From Neoconidiobolus thromboides FSU 785 (lineage: Eukaryota > Fungi > Entomophthoromycota): a stretch of DNA of 33,609 bases. The translations under genes and the position numbers were made by a program. Positions 23,409 to 33,405 of this stretch are shown one piece after another. Under the pieces are notes generated by a model that saw only the letters and a list, made by a program, of their open reading frames with translations, did no database searches and was not told where the DNA came from. Location: assembly GCA_025603075.1 (NCBI GenBank), contig MU626466.1, positions 1 to 33,609 of the forward strand, given 5' to 3'. Each line of letters opens with the position of its first letter. Positions within the stretch are counted from its first letter, which is position 1.

Positions 23409-23582
23409 ACAACTTTATCTTGATTTCAATTTTTTTAGTACATGGTGATATCCTTTCTATTTAAGAAATTTACCATTTTTTTTCACTCCATAGGGCCTAA
23501 AAATGGAAGAATTAATGGAACCAAAAAAGGCACCTCATATATTCTTTCAGAACGTTTTGTCTGTTATGACTATAATATTAAC

Positions 23583-23687
23583 GTATGGGGATGTATTTTT
23601 GTGTTTAAGAATTTTACTAACAATTTTTCCGCTCAAATAGCGCTTGAAAATGGAAAAAACAATGAAGCCAAAAAAATACCCCCATAT
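23583..23687 (+). mobile_element. MITE copy 14 (close to consensus)
   Basis: GGGGATGTATTTTTGTGTTTAAGAATTTTACTAACAATTTTTCCGCTCAAATAGCGCTTGAAAATGGAAAAAACAATGAAGCCAAAAAAATACCCCC-ATAT. Confidence 0.93.
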
Positions 23688-24415
23688 ATTAACTTCGTGA
23701 AAATGCAGAAGTAAAAATATTATAGCTTTTTTCTTACAAGAAGTTTAATACATTTAAAATAAAGTTTTTCCATCAATATCATAATGGATTGGAAGTTGAG
23801 CAAATATTACAATATCAATGGGGGCACGACATCAAGATTATTTGAAATAGGACACTACTCTAATAACCTGATAGTAATATTTAACATAAAAAACAGGATA
23901 TTTTTTAATAGAAGGTTTCTTTAAGTTCAGTTAATTTACATCTTGGAGCACATATATTAATAATTTTTTTATGAAATAACAAATATCATCAAATTAAATA
24001 AATGATAAAGGGTTTGAAAACTTTATTATTGAAATGATACATGAATTTAACTAAAATACCATATATTATATTTCTAGTTATTAATTATTAATATCGTTTT
24101 TGAAAATTATTAATAGTGCAAAAATTCAATACTTTACATAATATAAGTATGAGCAAATTTAATTGGACTTCAAGTAGTGTCCCAGGATTCATTTTAAATA
24201 CAAGATATTAAATCGAAGCATTTTTAAAACGGAACTAGTAAATGTATTTTAAGAATAATACGTTGATTTGCACTACTACAATCAATTCTGCTGAAAACTT
24301 AGAATTAAATAGTGTAGAGTGACCCAAAAGCAATCCTAACTATTAACCTCTTTCTAATTTAATAAACTAAACCTTTCTATACTTTCAATGTTTTAATTAA
24401 TTTAATACTAATAAT

Positions 24416-24760
24416 ATGAAATTCTTTATCGTTGCGTTAGCTTTAGTCTCACTAATATCCTTCAGTTTCGTAACTATTCACAAGTCCGGGTTCCTTGACT
24501 TCATTGTGAAGGAGGTCAAAAGTGTAGACAACCTTCTTTATGGTAAAGTAGTTAGTAATAAATCCTTTTGTCTTGAAAAAGATAATGTAATTTCAAAAGA
24601 TGTCATCAAAAAATACTGTGACAACATTTATAAAGCTGAAAATTTGATTCACTTTAATGGATTGAAGTTTTTCTACCCCCAGAGTGATGATCGTTTAAAA
24701 GGGTGCTGTGAAAAAAAGCATTTATCTTTCTATAAAGGCGAATGCCCTGAAAGGAGGTAG
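24416..24760 (+). CDS. Small secreted cysteine-rich protein C (114 aa, only 5 Cys retained)
   Basis: Open frame colinear with paralog A (LIHFN, DDRLKGCCE, LSF.KGEC). Three conserved Cys are replaced by Tyr. Confidence 0.75.
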   Translation: MKFFIVALALVSLISFSFVTIHKSGFLDFIVKEVKSVDNLLYGKVVSNKSFCLEKDNVISKDVIKKYCDNIYKAENLIHFNGLKFFYPQSDDRLKGCCEKKHLSFYKGECPERR

Positions 24761-25598
24761 GGTCTAAATAGATCATTTTGTATTACTTTTGATTTCTCCA
24801 TCTATTTTAAAATTTTAAAGTATAAAAGTTAGTTTTATATAACAATACCTGAAATTTGAGCATATTAGTTATATTAAAATCTAAACTCGATCCCGCTACA
24901 ACATAACTGAAGCTGAATTTTTAATATACTTTAACATAATAAATTTTATCATCATTGTTGTTGCAAACATATTTTGGCGTCGGAATGTCTTTGAGTGAAA
25001 GTAAGCTTAATTTACTTGGTAGAGGCTTTAGATGAATACCTGGCTTGAATTTTGCTATTAGAGCTCTTGCGACTCTATTGTGACCCAAATTGCGGCGGTT
25101 TTTAGAGCCATTATTTATTTGCTTAATTTTTTTAATACTTAACTTCACGTTTTTGGTGCAATTTTAGCAAACTTTTATTTTTAAATGAATGATTAGTTAG
25201 GCTATAATAGAATTGCAGCAACTGTAAAATGATGCATTGCGATTTCAAAATCAGCAAATCTCTATTTATTGAATTTTTGTGATAAAAACTGTGCTTAACA
25301 AAAACCACTCAAATTATGTAATAAAATGGGTAAATTTCAAGCATCTAAATAGTTTTAGTTAAAGCATAAAGAGGATCTAACAGTATAGATATTTCGTTCT
25401 TCGAAATTAAATTTATAAAAGTTTAGTATATACTTAAAGTTTATTTAATCACTCCAAATGGATAAAGTGTATTATTAGTCTTTTATATTCAAATAAAATA
25501 TTACAAATTAATGTAAAAAAGTTTATTTTATTTCAAATGTCAAATAGAATAATTTACTAATATTATTTTATACTTTGCAAAAACTGCCCTTTATAGAA

Positions 25599-26141
25599 TC
25601 AACCTGATTTCGACTTTAGGAGCTCATTCTCTGTTTGGAGGTCTTTCAAGTAGGCCAAGGTTTTGTATAAGATCAATCCTTTTGAGTTTCTTGCGTTGGG
25701 GTTAATATAGCTAGAAGGTAATAGCTTTTCCATTTCTTCGATTGAGTTATTGATTTGAAGTCTCCTTCTTCTTTCTACTTTACTGTGAGATTCCTTGCGA
25801 TTTTTTATTTTGGCTTTGATATCACTAATATCCAGATTCTCTTTGTTTAAAACATTAACTCCATGGAGACAATATTTATTACAGCTATGCTGTGCTTCTC
25901 CATGACAATCTTCCCCATGGGTACTTTCTTTTTTCCCACTACTTTCTTCGTCTTTTGGACAATATAGCCTGAGACAATCATCTATTGGATAATAACCCTT
26001 CCAGCGGCATATTTCCCCATCCTTATGTACATGCTCCTCGGCCCCTTCATTTTCTGTACATCCACATGCCTCAGTGTTATTTTTGTTATCAAACAATTCA
26101 AAATGAAATTGATAGTCCTTGCTATGGCTACAGTAGTGCAT
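25599..26141 (-). CDS. bHLH(-zip) transcription factor with Cys/His-rich N-terminus (180 aa)
   Basis: RKESHSKVERRRRLQINNSIEEMEKLLP...SKGLILYKTLAYLKDLQTENELL is a clear basic-HLH with a short zipper. Confidence 0.85.
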   Translation of the reverse strand: MHYCSHSKDYQFHFELFDNKNNTEACGCTENEGAEEHVHKDGEICRWKGYYPIDDCLRLYCPKDEESSGKKESTHGEDCHGEAQHSCNKYCLHGVNVLNKENLDISDIKAKIKNRKESHSKVERRRRLQINNSIEEMEKLLPSSYINPNARNSKGLILYKTLAYLKDLQTENELLKSKSG

Positions 26142-26569
26142 ATAAATTAAAGCGATTATAAAAAATACAAAGAGAAATAAAAAGGTAATGAAAATTATAA
26201 TTTATATTTTTATAACTAATTTGATAACTTAACCAACCAATTCGATTTGTTATTTATTTCAACAAATCATCATCTATTTTAACCTAAATTAGCCAAAATT
26301 TCCTTAAGTTTGGGTACTTTTGAAGTTATGGTTAGATCCTTAATTATTCCTCTCGCTTCTTAAGTAATTTCATATCACACATTTATCTCTAGAATTGTTT
26401 CAGATTGTGCAAATTTTAAATTGCATTATTATTGAATAAAACTTTATAGATAATTGATAAGCAATAAATAAGAAAATAGGTTCTTTTGGTATGCTACTAA
26501 TGGTAATAAAATGATATTGATATATTTTTAATGTAAAGTAGTTGAATTTTTGGATTTAATAATCATTCT

Positions 26570-27300
26570 CTCGTATCAAAATATTGACTAAAGTTATGTA
26601 AAGAATATTTGAATAATACTAACCATAATGCCATTTTAATTTACGCGCATCGCATAGATATTTAAAAGGTTGCTTTGTAGCTAGATAATGTGATTAAATC
26701 CTTAATAGATTATTATAATAGAATTTTTGACTATTCCGCCTTTGTGCTACTAAAATTAGTCATAAAATTATATAAGGAATATCATCAAGAGGTTTGTGTA
26801 CTTTAATTAAATGTTCGTATTTAAGTGTAGCTAAAATATCCGTACTGCTTGAACTTATTTTTATGCCTTATTGTTTATTTATGATTTTAATCAAAGTATT
26901 ACCCTTTTGAATGTAAATTTCGAACCTAAATTAGTCAAATTATATTAAATTATTATATAGACTAACACTAAATAGTATTGTTTGCTCTATCAATTATTAT
27001 GAATATTCTTTAAACAGCATTTGTAATCTTTCATATTTGACATCTTTTATTCTAGATGAGCTCAAAAATAATTTCGTTTTAAAGGACATTACTAATGTAA
27101 CTATTTTAAATTTATTTCATATATTAAGAATTCTATTTATAAATATTCATAAATGCGTATAGTCATTTCAAAATCTCGATTTGAGCTAAATTAACTATTC
27201 ATAACTTTGAAACCCTAAGTAAATTCTTATTTTTTATTGAAACATCAAGTTACTAATACTCTGATTTTAAAATTAATAAATACAATTTAATATAATTTAC
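26570..27300 (+). pseudogene. Possible decayed F-box/LRR-like gene
   Basis: Plus-frame fragments NID*SYVKNI, ILIYAHRIDI...DYYNRIFDYSAFV and YRLTLNSIVCSINYYEYSLNSICNLSYLTSFILDEL, with stops and frameshifts. Boundaries are approximate. Confidence 0.35.
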
Positions 27301-27934
27301 CGATGTATCTATAACTTTGTATAATTTTATTTTAAACTCTGTTTCTTATTTATTTATTTTATAAATTAAAATAGCCATTTTTTCTTAGCTTTAGGCCTAT
27401 TTGTAATTAAGATAGATAATTGAGATAATTTAATGTAGCTAAAAAATCTATAAAAAATTTATTTATACTATCCAAGCTTACATTACCAATGCTTTATTAT
27501 AATTTAAGTTAATAAAACAATCATTACAAAAAACTTCACTTAACATAATAGTTATTTGAAAAAAATTAGGCTACAAAAAGCTAACTTTTGTTTTCAATCA
27601 GTCTAACATCTTCCTTAGCAGCTTTCCATATGTCATAATATGATTAAACGGTTACATCTGATCAACTATATATCCGTATATTGAACCAAATATAGCTAAA
27701 GCTCTCAAAGTATTATATTCTATTGCTTTTCAACTAGAGCTATCAGGATAAACTTACTTTTTTGTGTTACAAAAACAAAAATAAGAGCATTTAAAAACTG
27801 ATTTTAATAAAAGCTTAATACAAAAATACAAAATAATTTCTAGATATCCGCACATACAACCGAATATACAAACTTATTTACTCATTAACAACACAAGGAT
27901 GTAGCTTTTCATAATAGCTGTCAAATAAATTTTA

Positions 27935-28039
27935 ATATGGGGATGTTTTTTTGGTTTCATTACTTTTTCCATTTTTAAGTGCTATTTAAGCGGAAAAATT
28001 GCTAATAAAATTCTCAAATAATAAAATACATTCCCATAT
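27935..28039 (-). mobile_element. MITE copy 15
   Basis: ATAT-GGGGATGTTTTTTTGGTTTCATTACTTTTTCC...AATACATTCCC-ATAT. Confidence 0.92.
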
Positions 28040-28223
28040 ATTAAAAAAATCAACCTGTATCAGAATCAATAGTAATCAATCTTAAATGAGTGCAATTGGT
28101 TTAATGGAGCAACATAGATCTAAGTTTTGGTAAAAAAAAATATAATGTGATAATAAAGTCTGTAAGATTTTTACAGCTTCATAAGTACAAAAGGAAAAAA
28201 ATAATGTTGAAAATGAGCTAGAG

Positions 28224-29760
28224 ATGATTTTATGTATACTGCTAATTTATATGCCTTTATTTGTCTACTTTTATTCCAAACTCTAACCTAACGGAAATAG
28301 CTCATTTTTCTAGTGTAAACACGTTCGCAATGTTCTACCATATAGTCATCGGTACCCCTGGCTCAGTATAAGATAGGCTTTTAATGGTACCATTGTTCTC
28401 TAAAAGTTAATTCATGACTTTATATTTAGGAAAAGAGTTTATTATAGTAAAAGATACTGAAATTATTAAAAAGATCTTGTTCGATGGTGGCGCTTGTATT
28501 AAAATAAAATAAAGTGAAGTATTGAATGGTTTTGATTTGTTGATAGACAATATTGTTGAAGTAGATAAAGAACAGTAATTGGATAGAAAAGGTACTAATC
28601 CAGTATTTAAAAAGGTGTGTAAAAAGGTTCAAGCAATATTGACCAGGAGATTGAGCTACTAGATGTGTTTAAAACAGTCATCTTGGATAGCTTTTGTTTG
28701 TCTATTTTTGATACTGACTTTGATGCAGTCGATAATCAAGATAAAAAGATGGGTTCTTTATATAATGACCTCATAAATGGGATGTTGAACCCACCATCTA
28801 TCACATTTCCTCTAAATTACCTTCCTTTTCCATCAAGGATAAAGTTATATAATAATCCAATTAAATTCTGTACTTTAAAATGAATAATTGATATTGAAAG
28901 GAAAAAGCTAAGTCTATTGGATCGAAATGAAATAGGCCCCAACATGCTATCATTAATGATACAGCCATCTGATGATGAAGCAGAAGGGCCAATCAATAAA
29001 TTAATTATTGCAATTTAATTATTAATTTTCCTGATTTATGTTTATTTTTGAATTGGTTTTGGAACTATGTCATTGGATTTTTTATCACAGGCCACAATAC
29101 GACTATCCATACGTTAACCAGCCCCATACCATTTAGCAAGATATCTAGTAATTTTTTCTATAAACAAACAATCATAGTGTTAACTATCGAATAGGAAATT
29201 CAAGAAAAATTAAGACATGGAATCAAGCGCGTATTCAGGAGAGAAGATAGCATTAGAAGACTTGAGCTCGAGCCAAAGTGTCTTGGATGAAATGGTTCAT
29301 TTAAGCGCGGTGGTCTATGAAATATCAAGATTTATATTGATGACTCCTACGATCAATCGTAAAATAAGTAAAACTGTTATTTTTGAAAATAATCCGGTAT
29401 TAAAACCTGCTCAATCCATAATGATACACATTGGTTCAACAGTGAAAGATCCAAATTTACTTAATAACCCTAATGAGTTCCAACCCGAGCGCTTTCTGAT
29501 TGTTGAAAACAAAGAAAATGAACTAACAAAAAATTGATGAATATAGTGATTGGATTGAGTTGTAGGTCCAGGATGTGTTTGAGAGATCGATTTTCTATAT
29601 TGTAACAAAAGGTATTCTTGATCTCTTTATTGCTGAAGTATAAGATTCCTGTGCCAGAAATTTGAAGTATAAAGATTACCCTAAGTTGTTAGCATTAGAC
29701 TTGTTTAGTCCTAAATTTTGAAAGTAAACTTTGCCAAAATTTAAATACGTCTGATGTGCA
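28224..29760 (+). pseudogene. Cytochrome P450 pseudogene
   Basis: IIVKDTEIIKKIL, RKGTNPVFK, ILDSFCLSIFDTDFDA, K-helix EISR, NPNEFQPERF and the heme region SRMCL..RFSIL*QKVFL..LLLKY (Cys codon 29576-29578) are present but spread over several frames with in-frame stops. The 5' boundary is approximate. Confidence 0.8.
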
Positions 29761-30487
29761 CATCTTAATCACTTCTTTGTTCAATTATTTATTGCAAAAT
29801 ACATGAATAAAAAGGTTGAAGAAAATCATTTTTTAGCATCAAAAAATATCCACAAGGCTTTTAAGGAAATATCTAAAAAAGTAAAAACTGGATTTTCGTT
29901 TTAGTATAATCGTTATTCTATTTTTTATTATATAATTTTTATTTTATTTGGTTAACGATAAAATTATTTGGTAGTTTTGACTCATGTAATAGCAATTATA
30001 TAAACAGAACAAAAAAATACTGTATTGAAGTCGCTAGAGTAAACTAGAAGCATAACAAGCTTTTACAATCATTGATAGATAAAGAGCCCGCTGATAGGAT
30101 ATCCTTGAAGTAGTTTATTTTTCTAAACATTCAAATAAATTTATTCGATACTTTATGTCTTTGAATATAGTAAAGGATGGAACCAATTGTAGTTTCTAAT
30201 ATGACAAGTTAAAAGTTATAATTGACTCGCTTTTTATACTACTTTTTACCTGACTTTACTTATTGTTCTGATTAATGTTACTATTGATGTTGTTGTTAAG
30301 ATGTAAGTATTACAGCAAATAGTATTATCATCAGGGCTGATAAATCAACTGGCACCATAATAAACTTTAAACCTAATAATATAAATAAACAAAAGACTAA
30401 TAACAATAAAATTACAAAACAATTTATTTTCAATTTTAAGATAAAATTAATTTCTCTATCAAAGAAAAACTAATAAACTAATTAGTT

Positions 30488-31714
30488 TTAGCGGAGTTTA
30501 GTATCAAAATCTACAATTTCAATAGGAGTTCTACCTTTTATTTCCTCTGCTTTTGCAAAATTGGTAGAGGTATTTACTTTCTCTTCCATTGATATTTTAC
30601 TATTATCTTTTACAATTTGCACGGAATTCAATAACTCACTATTGAAGTCTTGGTTTAAACTCCAAATCATAACACCGCGTAAGCCATTATTTAAAACGTA
30701 TTGTGATTTTACTACAAGAGATTGTATATCATCATAGCAAATCAGAGTTTTACTTTGTTTATTAAATAACCATGGTGTTTGGGTAATTTGATCAAAATAG
30801 CGTGTCCATCCCTTAGATATATCTGCTTCGGTACTTGAACTTAAGGCTTTTTTCTTGATATCAGCATAAGTGAGAGCATCACCAGTGCCTTCAACACGGT
30901 TAGCATACATACCAGTAGATGCATCCAAATTTTCTTTAACCTGTGATATTATACCATAAAATGGTAGCCCAATAACTAATTTATCGTTAGGAATACCAGC
31001 TCCATTCCAAGCCTTTACACTTGATTTAACAGATGATTGAGCTCCTTTGCCTTCTTCATAATCTAAGCCACCATTTGGCCCACTTTTTGGTGAAGTGAAA
31101 TAATTCATATCGTAAGCCATAATATTTATGAAATCTAAAACTTGACCATATTTACTCAAATCAGTTTGGCCTACGTAAATGGTTGACCCAACAGCAATAG
31201 TGATTAGCTTTTCGTTACCAATGAGGTCGCGTAGCTCATTCAGAAACAATATAAAATTATTAGAATCTTCTTTATCATATTTATTTCCTTCAGCAATAGG
31301 TTGTCCTGGGTATTCCCAATCAATATCAATTCCATCTAAACGGTTATCGTTGATAAATCGATGTACATTATTAGCAAATTTAGAGCGAATAGTTGGATTA
31401 GCCATAATTGGAGAAAAAAAAGCACTGCCAGATCCTCCACCTAATGAAACTAATACCTTACAATTGAATTTATGAGCAGCATCAACCACCCTGCCTAATA
31501 AAGCACTGTTTCCAACAGATGGCATTAAGTTTTGTTCATCAAACTTACCAAAGGAATAATTTATGTGAGTCAATTTGCCGAAATCAAAAGTTGAGACATC
31601 AATCTCACTCCATTCTGGAAAGTAACCAACAATAACATTTTCGTGTGCAGCAACCATAACCATCCATGTTATAGCTATCAAAAAATTAATTAAAGAGAAG
31701 TTCATGTTAGACAT
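30488..31714 (-). CDS. Secreted GH18 chitinase (408 aa)
   Basis: Signal peptide; IVGYF, LTHINYSF, SLGG, catalytic LDGIDIDWEYP (DxxDxDxE), DFINIMAYD, GLPFYG, ICYDD, GVMIWSL. Confidence 0.95.
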   Translation of the reverse strand: MSNMNFSLINFLIAITWMVMVAAHENVIVGYFPEWSEIDVSTFDFGKLTHINYSFGKFDEQNLMPSVGNSALLGRVVDAAHKFNCKVLVSLGGGSGSAFFSPIMANPTIRSKFANNVHRFINDNRLDGIDIDWEYPGQPIAEGNKYDKEDSNNFILFLNELRDLIGNEKLITIAVGSTIYVGQTDLSKYGQVLDFINIMAYDMNYFTSPKSGPNGGLDYEEGKGAQSSVKSSVKAWNGAGIPNDKLVIGLPFYGIISQVKENLDASTGMYANRVEGTGDALTYADIKKKALSSSTEADISKGWTRYFDQITQTPWLFNKQSKTLICYDDIQSLVVKSQYVLNNGLRGVMIWSLNQDFNSELLNSVQIVKDNSKISMEEKVNTSTNFAKAEEIKGRTPIEIVDFDTKLR

Positions 31715-32195
31715 AAAATATTTGTCAAAACAGATTATTGATTTTTAATGGATCCTGAATTCTTGTTTCTTTTATATATTTTCTTTTTTTAATTCTTTTG
31801 ATTTTGATTCTTTATTGTCTTTATTTGAATGATAATATATATCATAAGTGCAACCCTCAATATTAACAAAATACCCACTTTATTAAGTTAATTTATTGTA
31901 CTGAATGTCATTTTTCATTAATATATTATATTCATATATATTATTACTATATTTAAGGTACTATTATATCATCGTGCATTATATAATAGGTTTAATTAAT
32001 ACAATCTTATATTAAAAGAACAAAATCAAAATTAAAATCAATCAGATGGTTATTTCCGAGGTTATAATATAATTTAGAACCAATTATCCATATTTATACT
32101 TTAACTTTCATTATTTTATTTATTTTCGCTTATTATTAAAAATGCCTACTTTGTATTCAATTTATTACTCATTCCTTAGATTTCCGCTTGTTATT

Positions 32196-32301
32196 ATATG
32201 GGGATGTATTTATATATTTCAGAATTTTACTAACAAATTTTCCACTCAAATAGTGCTTAAAAAATGGAAAAATAATGAAACCAAAAAAAACAGCCCCATA
32301 T
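32196..32301 (+). mobile_element. MITE copy 16
   Basis: ATAT-GGGGATGTATTTATATATTTCAGAATTTTACTAACAAATTTTCCACTCAAATAGTGCT...AAAACAGCCCC-ATAT. Confidence 0.92.
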
Positions 32302-33303
32302 GTTATTTGTATTTAGATTTAATATACTATTATTTTTATTTGCATCCACTTATTAAAAAATTCAGTGTGAGTTTATTTTATACACAACCAACCAGATGGT
32401 ACAAATAAATAAACCATAATATAAAACTAAGTTAATGTAATTGTAGATTTCATTTAACCTTTAAAATAAAGGTTTTCAAATTCGAATTAAAACATATGTC
32501 CAAATATAGTAAATTTTATTTTTGCATAAAATTTGCAATTTCTTATTTTTCACCCACAGATCCGCCACTTTGACTTTGGTCATTGAAAGCTTATTTATAT
32601 TACTATCCTTTCGTTGAAACCCATAAAACTTTATATCCTTAACTATTTATTTTTTTTTAAAAAATTAAATTTTAACTTAGCATACATTTCAATTATATTT
32701 TATATTATAATCTTAAATCTATCACTTTACTAGTTCCTAAACTTTTATTTCTTTTGTATTAAGTACTCTCTTTGTAAATTTATAATTCATTGTCTTGAAA
32801 AACTTCTACAAGTTACTTTTACTCCTGTAGCTTTAAATTTAAATTGTATATATTGTAAAGAATTTTATACATAGTATGCTTATAGTTTAAGTAGCGTATA
32901 GCTTGGGTATATTAAATTAAGAAAAGCACCCGCAAATTATAATATTAATTTTTTTTAAAATTGGAATCAAAATAGAAACACTCAAATAAAATATTATCAT
33001 TAACTAACAATTAAGAAATAACAATGATGTATATGGGTTTATTAGCTTATATACTTTACGCCATTAAGTTATTTGGTATTTTTAAATGTATCGAGATGTC
33101 ATTAAAAAATTCAATATTATTCATATATCGATTATTGTTTATAGGGTTTTGTTTTTATTGAAACAATTGATCCGAACTTTGTCATCTAAGATATAAAATA
33201 CCTTAGCATACTCAAGGTGATTATAATAAACTTTTAACTATTAAATATATATAGCAACCTTTCTATAAACATAAATCCATATTTCAATTTTTTTCAATTT
33301 TAT

Positions 33304-33405
33304 ATATGGGGTTGTCTGAATTAGTTTCATTATTTTATCCAATTTTTGAAAAATTTTGTATTTTAAAAACTTCGCTTAAAATTCTATAAAATCACATCTT
33401 TTATT
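33304..33405 (-). mobile_element. MITE copy 17 (heavily degenerate)
   Basis: ATAT-GGGGTTGT...AGTTTCATTATTTTATCCA...TAAAATTCT...CACATC. Ends and length fit, but the core is eroded. Confidence 0.55.

Noticed and set aside
23442-23714. 90-aa plus ORF
   Set aside because: The second half is MITE copy 14 (WGCIFVFKNFTN). The apparent paralogy with 32142-32408 comes from the repeat.
28426-29608. Minus ORFs 28426-28632 and 29411-29608
   Set aside because: Antisense to the P450 pseudogene.
31179-31475. 98-aa plus ORF
   Set aside because: Antisense shadow of the chitinase.
32142-32408. 88-aa plus ORF
   Set aside because: Spans MITE copy 16; no independent coding evidence.
330-33405. Repeat copies as a CRISPR array, tRNA or SINE
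   Set aside because: Copies are dispersed in both orientations, have TIRs and target duplications, and lack spacer periodicity, A/B boxes and a poly(A) tail.
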